Origin: Paramicrosporidium saccamoebae KSL3
Taxonomy: Eukaryota > Fungi > Cryptomycota
DNA length: 32,000 bases
NCBI GenBank assembly: GCA_002794465.1
Contig: MTSL01000041.1
Location: forward strand, 125,306 to 157,305
Direction of reading: 5' to 3'
This document shows positions 20,297 to 30,498 of the stretch, piece by piece. Both the position numbers and the translations under genes were made by a program. Numbering within the stretch: position 1 is the stretch's first letter; every line of letters begins with the position of its first letter. The notes below the pieces were generated by a model that was not told the origin of the DNA, searched no databases, and saw only the letters and a program-made list of their open reading frames with translations.

Positions 20297-21904
20297 ATGG
20301 AAAGACGCTCCGATGACATCTTCCGAGTCCATGACCTTTCTGTTTTAAAGTCACCAATGCCTGTCCATTTAATGAAACCAAGCTCTTCATCAAGTCCGAC
20401 TCCTGTTCGCCCTATTCCAAAGCAAAATGTCTCTCCCTTTGGACTTTCTGCTTTAGCCGCGAACATGATAAATAGAACTCCAGCGACGAAGAGCCAGGCT
20501 GCAGAAGGAAAGGTTGGATGGAGTCCTTTGGGTACTGGAAGTGAGCAGTCCTTAGATTTGGCTCATTCCGTCAAAGGTGACAACAATATCACTCCAAAGT
20601 TTGAGACTCCAACTTTAAAGATAGCGTCAGGATCATCTTTGCCCACTGTGGGTCAAGCCATTCAGGCCGCATTGAACGAGACGAGTCCATTACAAGGAGA
20701 CAAAGTTAAAGATACTATTCATGACTCGATGGGGTTGGATAGTACGAATCTAATGCAATGCGAAAAGCCCGAGGATACTGATACTATAGCCATGAAATTG
20801 GATAAGGCGAGTTCATTGGGAGAAGAAGAGATTGTCTGTGAACCGATGGAAGTGGATGAGGCAAGCTTATTAAAGCAAAAAGAGACTACCCATGACTCGT
20901 CTAAATTGAGCAAATCCCCCAAACTGACACCAAGTGAGAATGTTTCCGCCAGCAGATTATTGCCTGTACAGAAAAGGAAAAGCAAGCCGGACTTGGCACC
21001 TGACGCTGAAAACGTCGAGAAGAGGCCAGTCGTCAAGTCGGTAGCAACTGGTAGTGAAATTACTCTTCTAAAGTGGAGCATGGTTGTTGTCCCGAATAAT
21101 CCAAATGTGACCAAACTTGAAAAGTTGGTTACTGAGAATTGGATAGTGCTAGTTGGTAGGAGATCGGATATGACTGAATTGTGGCACAGCTCACTGATCA
21201 CCAATCGACTTTCCAATCGAGAAATTACCACTGGCTCAGGTCGAATCTATAAATTGGAGGGACCTTGCGACGATTTGGCAATGATCGAGTCAGGATTTAA
21301 TTTCGACATTATTGAGGCTTTTCGAGAAGGGTTCCCCGAAAATTGGCAAATGGTTCTGATCCAGGAATTAGGTGGGGCTTTCAAAGATAAATCGAACCGT
21401 GAAAAGAAGCCGGAAGTTAAAGATAAATTGAGCCATGAAAAAAAGTCAGAAACTAAAGATGATTTCCACGGCAAGAGATTGGAAACTACTAATGACAGCC
21501 ATGAAAAGAAGCAGGACGTCAAAGACGATGACTTTGAGAACCAATGCCCACAGATTAACAGAATCAAAACTGTTAATCGAAGGAAATCAATGCCAAGTTC
21601 CAAACCAAAAACCGCTCCCAAAATCAAAAGTCCTCAAAAAAGCACATTGATCACTCCAAAAAGTCGCAGAAATGCCGCATCAAAATACGAAACTAGCCCA
21701 AAAAGTAGTCGTCGTTACTCGGAGCCATTATCTCGATGGAATGACCTGCCATCCTTTTCCTGTAATGTTCAAGTGACAGGGCATACCAGAAGTGGAAGAC
21801 GCGTTGTTTCCCCACTGCCATACTGGGAGAACAAGTATTTCCGATCATACGGTGCCTCTCCTTCTAGTACAGCTTTGGAGAGGAGGAAAGATTCACGTGA
21901 CTAG
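20297..21904 (+). CDS. KNL2/M18BP1-like centromere licensing factor (SANTA domain + C-terminal CENPC-like motif), intronless
   Basis: SANTA-like L.KW...LVG...LWHSSLITNRLSNREITTGSGRIYKLEG...FREGFPENW (~21058-21360). C-terminal TRSGRRVVSPLPYWEN (~21785-21832). First ATG at 20297. Confidence 0.8.
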   Translation: MERRSDDIFRVHDLSVLKSPMPVHLMKPSSSSSPTPVRPIPKQNVSPFGLSALAANMINRTPATKSQAAEGKVGWSPLGTGSEQSLDLAHSVKGDNNITPKFETPTLKIASGSSLPTVGQAIQAALNETSPLQGDKVKDTIHDSMGLDSTNLMQCEKPEDTDTIAMKLDKASSLGEEEIVCEPMEVDEASLLKQKETTHDSSKLSKSPKLTPSENVSASRLLPVQKRKSKPDLAPDAENVEKRPVVKSVATGSEITLLKWSMVVVPNNPNVTKLEKLVTENWIVLVGRRSDMTELWHSSLITNRLSNREITTGSGRIYKLEGPCDDLAMIESGFNFDIIEAFREGFPENWQMVLIQELGGAFKDKSNREKKPEVKDKLSHEKKSETKDDFHGKRLETTNDSHEKKQDVKDDDFENQCPQINRIKTVNRRKSMPSSKPKTAPKIKSPQKSTLITPKSRRNAASKYETSPKSSRRYSEPLSRWNDLPSFSCNVQVTGHTRSGRRVVSPLPYWENKYFRSYGASPSSTALERRKDSRD

Positions 21905-22005
21905 ATGCAGTATTACTTTTGTAGTTTATTTATAATCAGCGCGAAACAAATGTAAAGTTTTTATCCATCTCTGAACCCAAGCACGTTTAACGACACGCCA
22001 ATAGA

Positions 22006-22811
22006 TTAGAGGGGGACAAATGTAAAATTTTCGTCTATCCTTCGAACTTCCATCAAAAAGATGACCTTGTCCAGACTTTCAGTGGGAAAGTCCTGAATCA
22101 TCGTCAGGTCATTCAAGCTGGCAAATTGTTCTGGATCAAAGCCAAATGAATCCACGGGGATCAAGGCGGCTTTTAAGCCCCAAAAGTCTAGTGGCTCAAT
22201 AATCGAATACATGAGATTTCTGTCCTGATAGCACATTACCAAGGGAACATTTCTGAACTTGTCCAGGAAGAATGCTATAGTCGCCACCAAGTCGTCAAAG
22301 TCATTCTTGTCATAAATGCAGTCTGCGGCCATGAATAGACCAATCTCGGGTGCTTCTTTGACAAAATCCAGTGGAAACGTACCCCACTTGAAGGTCACCT
22401 GCCTGAATGCACCTAAATCCGTGGACAGGCCATTCATAGCAAAGAGGGTGCGTTGCATTTCTAGCAACGAGCCGATGGGTAATTCCTGTAAATACACTCC
22501 ACTAGCACCACACTTCATCGCTGCCATTGACGGTAACGCAAAGCCTGAGCCAAACTACGCCATTAGGCGACATAATGCCAATATACTTCAAAGAGATTCT
22601 TTCCTTTTATGTACTCTTTGTTGAACAATAGAAATTGAGTCAGGATAGCACTAGAGGGCCAAAGCTTACCCGCCGTCAAATCGCTAGAGATCCCATGATC
22701 ATCCTACCGTGATTACTCTAACTGCAAGAACCAAACATTCAGGGCGATGTTCACATTAGCGTGTATACCATCTGCAGTTACTGTCCGGAAGACGACCCTT
22801 TGCTGGGCCAT
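22006..22811 (-). CDS. METTL23-like / family-16 protein methyltransferase, 3 exons
   Basis: Spliced AGKLWPSSAILTQFL...KGKNLFEFGSGFALPSMAAMKCGA...FMAADCIYD..DFDDLVATI. Two introns of 32-33 nt. Confidence 0.8.
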
Positions 22812-22976
22812 AATCCCTGGAACACTAAATGTTGTGATATCGATATAGGAGAGAATTGCCCCCCCAGAGACTAATTAAATATCGAGAATCACCCCCTATA
22901 AAGGCACCATATGCTACCAGCTTTTATAGCACAATCATTTATTCGCCGGTAGACAGCAGAGGAATAAGGAGCAGAG

Positions 22977-24392
22977 TCATTCGCAACAATCCAATGTCTT
23001 GACTGAAGTGATCCCGCTGGAGCCCTCATAGAATGCACGGAACAGACGGATGGAATGCTCTACATCTTCAGTACCGGCCATTTCACGGATAGAGTGCATA
23101 CTCAGCTGCGGTGCACCAACATCAACTGCCTGCAGTCCAAGCTGGGCTGCAAGAATGGGACCAATGGTGGATCCGCATGGACTATCATTACGGACCATAA
23201 AGTCCTGTAGAGGAACTCCATTTTTAGAAGCCAAGGATTTGATAAAGGCAGCTGATCGAGAGTTGGTTGTATATCTTTGATTAGAGTTGAATTTGAGTAC
23301 AATGCCCTTATGGAGGGTGGGACGATGGCATTCATCGTGTTTATCGCTGTAGTTTGGATGCACAGCGTGTGCCATATCGGCACTTAAGAGAAAGCTTCTG
23401 GCCAGAACAGCCTCGGTCTGTTGAGAGCTGTCGAGACTGCTTAAAATTCGATTCACAGTGGATCCTACAAGAGTAGACTCGGCCCCAGAGGATGAGAGAG
23501 ACCCGACTTCTTCATTGTCAAATAGTGATAGCATGCGAATGTCGCCATCCTTTTCCACAGAGCCAAGACTATCAATGAAAGATTGCAATCCGGTAAATGT
23601 CATGAAGAGATTGTCAAGACGCGCGGACTGAATAAACTCATTGTACACTCCCCCAAGTGATGCTTTCTGGACATCGAATAAGCACAGATCAAGGCCAACG
23701 ATTTCATCTTGATCACTCTTGCTGGCGTCCCTAAGGGCTTCGAACAGCGATTGATGGAGACCAGAGTTTTCCTCAGTCTTTTCAGCGTTGATCCACTCAT
23801 TTTTGGCATTCATGGTTTCGCTGGCCAGAATTGGGATAAGCTGAAGCTCGGAATTAAACTTGAATCCTTCGCTATTCACTCCACGATCCAAATGGATAGC
23901 CAGGGTGGGAACACGGAGAATTGGGCGATCAATCTTGACCAGGCGCTCCCTAAGTGTCCCCTCTTTGGAAGCTGTCACAAGACGACCCGCAACCCCAAGA
24001 TCACGATCGAACCAGGTATGCCATAGGCCCCCTCCATAAGTTTCCACTGCCACTTGCAGGAATCCATCTTTGCAACGCTTTTTGGAAAGAGGCTTCACTC
24101 TCAAACATGGGCTGTCTGTGTGGGCCGCAACTATCTTGACGGCAGTAGAGTTTTTTTCAATCCCACGGACAACTTGGCCACCAACAGTGAAAGCAACGAG
24201 GGAGGAGCCATTTCGGGTGAAAAAGTATCTCCCGTTCGGGTTTAGCTTCCAAGCTGCACTCTCTGACAATCGTTGAAAGCCAGCAGCTTCAAGAAGTTGG
24301 CGACATTCCTCAACTGCATGAAAAGGTGACGGACTCGCATCCAGAAATTTAAGCAATGCGGCTACACTAGACTTTATGCTACCGGTATTCAT
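22977..24392 (-). CDS. DNPEP: Aspartyl aminopeptidase (M18), intronless
   Basis: FLDASPSPFHAV, AAHTDSPCL, ETYGGGLWHTWFDRDL, LAIHLDR, ARLDNL, FDNEEVGS, SADMAHAVHPNY, PCGSTIGP, QLSMHSIRE. Confidence 0.96.
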   Translation of the reverse strand: MNTGSIKSSVAALLKFLDASPSPFHAVEECRQLLEAAGFQRLSESAAWKLNPNGRYFFTRNGSSLVAFTVGGQVVRGIEKNSTAVKIVAAHTDSPCLRVKPLSKKRCKDGFLQVAVETYGGGLWHTWFDRDLGVAGRLVTASKEGTLRERLVKIDRPILRVPTLAIHLDRGVNSEGFKFNSELQLIPILASETMNAKNEWINAEKTEENSGLHQSLFEALRDASKSDQDEIVGLDLCLFDVQKASLGGVYNEFIQSARLDNLFMTFTGLQSFIDSLGSVEKDGDIRMLSLFDNEEVGSLSSSGAESTLVGSTVNRILSSLDSSQQTEAVLARSFLLSADMAHAVHPNYSDKHDECHRPTLHKGIVLKFNSNQRYTTNSRSAAFIKSLASKNGVPLQDFMVRNDSPCGSTIGPILAAQLGLQAVDVGAPQLSMHSIREMAGTEDVEHSIRLFRAFYEGSSGITSVKTLDCCE

Positions 24393-24505
24393 TCACCGCG
24401 GCCAATAAACGAGTTTGGGTATCGACAGGCTGCTGGCCAATCGCAAAAGGCCAACGCTCAATTCACTTAAATATTCCGGAACATGGACAAGGGGTAACGG
24501 TCCTA
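24393..24505. promoter_or_regulatory. Putative bidirectional promoter (DNPEP/PDI) with two CCAAT boxes
   Basis: 113-bp divergent gap; CCAAT at 24402-24406 and GGCCAATC at 24435-24442. Confidence 0.55.
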
Positions 24506-25978
24506 ATGCGTTTAATAAGCTCGCCGACAGTGCTGAGTGTCGCTGCCTCATTGGCATCATTTGCCTATGCCGTGACCAAGTCTGAGGTGGTTGAACTGAC
24601 GGATGACTCATATTTGGACTTTTTGAAGAACAATAATGTAACCTTGGTCGAGTTCTTTGCCCCGTGGTGTGGCCATTGTAAGGAGCTTGAGCCTGAGTAT
24701 AAGAAGGCCGCGGGAAAGCTGGTGGAGCATGGAATTCGTCTTGCTAACATTGACTGCGTGAAGAATGACAAGGTTTGCAGTGAAAACGGGATCAGCGGAT
24801 ATCCCACCTTGAAGATTTTCAAGGATGGAGATGTGGTGGAATATGCCGGCCCCCGTGATGCCGAGGGCATTGTCAAGTACATGAAAAAGTATTTATTTAT
24901 GGTTCAAGACATCTAATCCTTTAGACAAGTCATGCCAGCTGTCACCCAGCTCAAGCCTAACGATGTCGAGTCGTTTGCCAAGAACGACGACGTGGCTATC
25001 TTTGGTGTCTTCCCCGCCGGATCCAAGGAAGCTGCGGCCTTTAACAAAGTTGCCGAGTCTCTCCGCAATGACCATTCCTTTGCATCCATTGAGCCTGGCG
25101 TTTACATGATCAAAAAGTTTGATGAAGGCTTTGCCACCTTTAAAGAAGAAGTTACCGAGGAGGCCCTTAAGAAGTGGGTCAACGCTGAGAGTATGCCACT
25201 TATGGCTGAGCTTACCCCCGAAAACTTTTCCAAGTATGTTGCTACCAATCTCCCTATGGCTTACTTGTTCTACGAAAAGGAGGAAATGCGCAAGGAGTAC
25301 GGTCCCCTGGTTGAGACCGTTATGAAAAAGTACAAGGGAAAGCTTAGTGCCGTCTACATTGATGGCGAAAAGTATCACGAACACGCCAAGGCTCTCGCCC
25401 TGCCCGTCAAGTGGCCCGGATTTGTCATCCACGACATGGAGAATGATCTCAAGTATCCCTTCAGTGGCAAATTGAGCTCTGACGAACTTGGTGCCTTTGT
25501 TGAAAAGTATGCCAACAACAAGCTGGAGCCCTCTTATCGCTCCGAGGACATTCCCGAAAAGGACACGGAGCCGGTCAAGACTATTGTTTACAAGAATTGG
25601 GAGAAGATTGTTATGGATGAGAAGAAGGATGTATTGCTCGAGCTGTACGCCCCGTGGTGTGGTGCTTGCAAGAATCTGGTTCCTGTTTACAATAGTCTTG
25701 CTGAATCATATGCCGCACACTCGGACAAGGTTGTCATTGCCAAGATGGACGCCACTGCCAATGATATCCCCAAGAGTGCCAACATCAAACTGACCAAATT
25801 CCCCACTATCATTCTCTTTAAGGCTGGGGCGAAGAAGGAGCAAGTTCCATTTGAGCAATCTGGACGCACTGTCAAAGATTTTGCGGAATTCATCGCCAAG
25901 CATGGTGGCAATAAGGTTGTGATTGCAGCCAAGGAGCCTAAGGCTGCCGCTGATGAAGGAGACAAGGAGGAGCTTTAA
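24506..25978 (+). CDS. PDI1: Protein disulfide-isomerase, 2 exons
   Basis: Signal peptide, FFAPWCGHCK, second site LYAPWCGACK, C-terminal KEEL. A 36-nt GT-AG intron near 24889-24924 joins the two ORFs. Confidence 0.95.
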
Positions 25979-26181
25979 GCGTAGTATTAATTAATTTGAT
26001 TACTCAAGTCCCAATTATGTCGGTGAGTAGTAACGTGGGTCGAAATCGTAGCTAACCCAGTCGTTAATCGAGGCTATAAACAACTCAATCGTGAATCAAA
26101 ACCCAAGCGTAGATAACCCTGTGCCGTAGATGATTCTCTAATTTGGAAAAGACATGCTTGTGTGATAAAGTGGACCGATTA

Positions 26182-26227
26182 GCTGGGTATTTAAGGGCAG
26201 CGAGATGCGTATCCATACTGTTATAGG
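26182..26227. repeat. Dispersed 46-bp element, copy A
   Basis: GCTGGGTATTTAAGGGCAGCGAGATGCGTATCCATACTGTTATAGG; 40/46 identical to 31955-32000, no gaps. Confidence 0.9.
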
Positions 26228-26303
26228 ATTAGCAGTAAACAACCCCCTTTCTGTCTCTACCAGTCTGACAAAGTCTGTGGTTTTATCCCCACCACGCGAA
26301 ACC

Positions 26304-26390
26304 ATGATGAAATGCCATGCATAGATGGCGGCTCAGTCGTGTGACTCAACAATCCAAGTGTATAAAACAACTCAATCGCGAATCATCTGA
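26304..26390 (+). ncRNA. Candidate box C/D snoRNA (tentative)
   Basis: ATGATGA at 26304-26310 and CTGA at 26387-26390, 87 nt apart end to end, in an unusually long gap. I found no terminal stem and no rRNA target. Confidence 0.2.
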
Positions 26391-26413
26391 TAACAGACCT
26401 TACAACACTCGGT

Positions 26414-29330
26414 TTATTTACAAGTTTGTTTTAACGCCTCATTCCAAGCGAGCTCATAGTCACTACAATCCTTAGAGTTCTTTGACAAATCTGCATAACA
26501 TGTGGTGAGACGATCAGCAAGCCACGTGATGGACTGTGCAAGGAAGATGCGGCATTCTGCATTGTTAATGTTATCTAGTACAGCCTGGAGGTCCTGTCTT
26601 AGAATCCTGAAATTAGTGTGCGATGTGGACAGCTCTTGGAACAATTGAAAATGGGCTCTCGATGTCCAATCGCTTTCTTTCAGATTCACAAGTAGAGATT
26701 TCTGTGGCGGCTCATACTCCCATAGGGATGTGACTGGAACCTGCGTAGCGATCCCTCTCCAAGATCGAAATTGAAGCCAGACGGAAATTAAAAAAAAGAA
26801 CATGGTAGCAATGAATAGGAGGAATGCCGGAACACTGATATGAGCCTTGTCGAGGTTATACCTCCACCGTTCTCTTACGTCTCTCTGAAACTCACAAAGC
26901 AGCTCTAAATGCTCCCTCCACCATGTGGGCTCTGGTTTCTTCTCTTCTGTCCTATTCAGGGCCACATCCTCCACTTCTTCTGGTGCTTCAGGGTTTGCTT
27001 TTCGGATCTCAGCCCACAGAGCCTTCCTGTAGACAGTCATATACTCCGCCAATCCCTTAAGGGTCGAGCTGCGGATCATCGATTTCACAAGGGGCGACTT
27101 TACCCAATTCAGACCCACAAATGTACGGAGACGAGCATGTCCATCAGAGTGGTGTGTCATGCAATACCGCGAGACCATAACGAAAGAGTCGCCATAGGGG
27201 ACACCGGGTGTCGTTGCCGTCTGTTTCACGACGTAACATTTCCCTGGATCTCGGCGAAGTAGAGTATGCCCACCAAGACACTCGGTCTCCTTTGCCTTTA
27301 CGAGCGGATGGTTTACGGGGACCAGATAACTGACCGTCCGTTCCTCCTTTCCATCTGATCCCAGACTCCAAGGCTGCATCTTTACATTCTTGTAGCCTTG
27401 CAACTGCTGCACAGCCTTCCACACCGGACTATCATCGCCCATCAGCAACTGGAATAGTTCATCCACCCCCAGAGGAACGTCAATGTCAATTTCGTTCCTC
27501 TCGAGATGATCAGTACAACCACAAGTGATCCCGGATGCCTCCAACTGTCGACTGCCCGGATTATCTAAAGAGGATTGGAGGGCAGCCTTTAATTCGGCTG
27601 CCGTCTTGGGAGCCTCGCCTTTGGCGTTTTTCCAGACCATCGTCAGTGTCTCTGTTCTTTCCCTCTCATTCAGAAACGTCCTCGCTCGAATCGCTCCATT
27701 ATTCATCGACAACATGCCTGTGGCTTCGTTCATCGCATAGTTTACGGTATGGATTTCATCCCAGGGATGAACAAATTCCTGCTTCACTCCAAACAGATTG
27801 CTTCCAAAATAGAGGGCTCTCTCTGTACCATACAGTTTGCCAAATCCTCTTACAATTTTTTCCTCCCCCGACGTCTCTTCCCATAAGCAGGAGAACGACA
27901 CAAACATGGTCTCGGAAGGCGGATAGGGTATGTGGCTGAACCGTTCAAAGTCTTGACTCGTTTCGGATATTCTTTTGGGTGTCGCAACTTGACTTACAGA
28001 CGTTGAGCCCTCATCCGTCATTTCAGCCTCCTCGTCCACAAACGATGTATTTGAGGGAGCCACTAAATCTCCTGCGTTTGATGATCGCAAGGCATGATTT
28101 TTTGCATTCTCAATGACACGGATCCAATCACGCATATCCTCTTCGCTCTCCGCCTGGTAGACATACGTCTTCATTGACGTATGCACCTCGAAGCAATGTC
28201 GACGATCCGCATCAGCAGGACGTAGTTCACACAACAACACGTGCATTTCAAATGATTTTTCTATAGTTCCACGACGATGGCCAGTTAAGTATTGGATAAA
28301 GATGCCTCCTTTGATTGCTACAAAGACTCGGCGCCAACTGAGACCAAGACTCTTTTGTCTCTTTCTACACAAATATCCTTCCTTTTCAACTCCCTTGGTA
28401 GGATCTAACGGTGCTTCTGGACTGTACTTTAGTCTGACCTGTTCCAATGCTCCAGCAGACTTTTGATCCAGCTTCAGCATTGCGCTTTTGCACTCTTTCT
28501 GCCAAGCACCCAGTCTGGTTCTCATTGTCATAGCTGGTTTGTTCATGGCCTCCATCATGGACCACATTGCCTGAATAAAATCGCCTAGCTCACTTGCAGT
28601 ACTCAGACATTTCTCAACAAAAAAAATGTCTGCGCCAGTCTTGAATTTGTTGATCCGCATTACGTAGGAGAACAGTTGTTGAAAGTACTGTCTGCGCCCC
28701 TCATATAGCTGAAAGGTGTCTTCTCTGATGAGGGAATACTCTTTGAGCTTTGGGAGAGAACTATACCGTATTGCCAATGTCTCATACCGTTCTCTAGACT
28801 TTTCATAAGTTCGCTGTTGCTCGCGAATGTGTCGCAAATCATCCTGCACAGACTGCACCATCGGAATCAACAGCTTCTGTCCCAGATCTCTAATCTAACC
28901 GTGTTAGCTGGAAATGCCCAACTATACCAAACGCTCATGGAGGACAAATGTGGCCTCGACAAATTCAATCATTGTGGCCAGGCACGTGGGTGTTTTTTCC
29001 TTGTCAAAAATGTCCAACTCGGTCATCTTGTGGATATTCGGAGCCAACTTTCCCAACGATTCAGCCAGTTCTACAGTGATGAGAGCCTTAATTGGTTTTT
29101 CTACTAGCAGCATGTTCGAGACAGGAGCGCGAGCTTTTGACGACAGCATCTAGCATTCCGGATAGTTCGGTCAACTGGTCTTCATTGCGCTGTAGGGTTG
29201 CCCGGAAGAATGGCGAGTCACTTACGGCAATGCCGAGGTCCAATTCTACCGGCGCATTTATAACGCGTCCGCTAGTATCCATCTCAGCAGGCTTCTGATT
29301 GGACACCAATTTGAATATTGTTGGAACCAT
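26414..29330 (-). CDS. Sip3/Lam1-like BAR-PH-GRAM-StARkin (VASt) sterol-transfer protein, 3 exons
   Basis: DSPFFRATL (BAR N-terminus), PH KEGYL..KRQK....WRRVFV...RRHCFEV...YVYQAESEEDMRDWIRVI, GRAM-like FGKLY, VASt TPGVPYGDSF...SRYC...VNWVKSPLVKSMI, C-terminal TM. ATG at 29330 is my best guess for the start. Confidence 0.85.
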
Positions 29331-29400
29331 CCTCCCTTGATTGGTGCCATCTCCGTCACTGCTATAAGTGGCCGCAGCGACGATTCCCACTTCCAACGAG
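29331..29400. promoter_or_regulatory. Putative bidirectional promoter (Sip3-like/tetraspanin 1) with CCAAT box
   Basis: 70-bp divergent gap; TGATTGG at 29338-29344. Confidence 0.45.
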
Positions 29401-30222
29401 ATGACGAGAAAGAAGAAGAAGATTGCTGGAAATCCAACCGATCAGCCGAGCCATCGTAACTTTACCATGATCTCGACCACTGAAGCGACGGCCGAGCCAG
29501 TACAGCGGATGCCCCCCTACACTGTGCATCCCGATCCAGATGAATACCAGATGGAGCCAATAGGTAATATATCCCAACCTCCATCTCCGCCAGACTCGCT
29601 CGACGACGTTGAAAAGGGTCAACCCCGTGGGAAGAAGCCTCCCTGTGGCACTCTACTTCAGGGCATCATGGCCCTCATGCTCTTAGCTGGCTTTGTGTTG
29701 GGCGTATTGTGCGTAGTAGCTGGAGCAATGGTTCGACAATACCCCAATCTGCAGGCTGATCAATCCCTCTGGTTCATCAGTACTTTGATTATTCTCCTTG
29801 GGGTATTCTTCATGGTGACTGCCATATCTGGATTCGTATCATGCTTCTCTTCAAAAAAGATATTCACGGCCATGTTCATTGTCTTCACAATAGTCTTGGT
29901 TGCTTACCATGGATTAGCAACCTTCCGGATCAAACAGCATCTAGGGGCGGTCCAGAGTGCTGGCAGCGCCGATTGGGACAGACTAAAGATGCCACAGCGA
30001 CTGGGGCTGCAGTATACTTTTGACTGTTGCGGTTACGATACAAAGAGTGATCGGATGGTTGCGCCATGTCCAACAAAAGCCACAGTTTCATGCGGAAAGA
30101 AGCTAGAAGGGCTGGTCCAAAAGATGCGTCGTACGGCAACCATTTCCTTTTATATTACTCTTGCTATCGGGATAGTCCTTTGTATTATGGCAATTACTAA
30201 TTCTTGTTTTTGCACTAAATAA
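29401..30222 (+). CDS. Tetraspanin-like protein 1
   Basis: Four hydrophobic segments; large loop with CCG-x11-C-x7-C; Pro-rich N-terminal tail. ATG at 29401. Confidence 0.78.
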   Translation: MTRKKKKIAGNPTDQPSHRNFTMISTTEATAEPVQRMPPYTVHPDPDEYQMEPIGNISQPPSPPDSLDDVEKGQPRGKKPPCGTLLQGIMALMLLAGFVLGVLCVVAGAMVRQYPNLQADQSLWFISTLIILLGVFFMVTAISGFVSCFSSKKIFTAMFIVFTIVLVAYHGLATFRIKQHLGAVQSAGSADWDRLKMPQRLGLQYTFDCCGYDTKSDRMVAPCPTKATVSCGKKLEGLVQKMRRTATISFYITLAIGIVLCIMAITNSCFCTK

Positions 30223-30274
30223 ACTCTATACCAGACAAGACTCTGCTAATGATAGTAGTATATATAGAGTCCGC

Positions 30275-30389
30275 TGATTCGTGGTACCGATAGACGAAGG
30301 ATTAAACGTTGATTCGTGGCATAGACAGACGAAGGATTGAACGTTGATTCGTGGCATAGACAGACAAAGGACTAGACGTTGATTCGTGG
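30275..30389. repeat. Tandem minisatellite, about 3.3 x 35 bp (TGATTCGTGGCATAGACAGACGAAGGATTRAACGT)
   Basis: Units start at 30275, 30310 and 30345, with a partial unit at 30380. Confidence 0.95.
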
Positions 30390-30498
30390 AAGAGTCTTTG
30401 GCAGAGTGTGATATTTGATTGGTTCCGAGTGTAATCGTGTCAGAGCAATGAATTGGAAATCATATTATCTGTTCCAAGTCGGACGGTAGAATCTCACT

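Noticed and set aside
26049-26080. U4 snRNA-like words (ATCGTAGCTAA ... CGAGGC)
   Set aside because: It lacks the AAUGA kink-turn strand, the U6-pairing 5' end and an Sm site.
26054-26240. Telomerase template (CTAACCC), U6-like (GATTAGCA) or U3-like fragments
   Set aside because: Matches are only 7-8 nt, without a 1.5-repeat template, ACAGAGA box or U3 boxes.
30275-30389. CRISPR array interpretation (also considered for 1760-1858 and 18216-18312)
   Set aside because: The units are wholly homologous with no unique spacers, there are no cas genes, and the context is eukaryotic.
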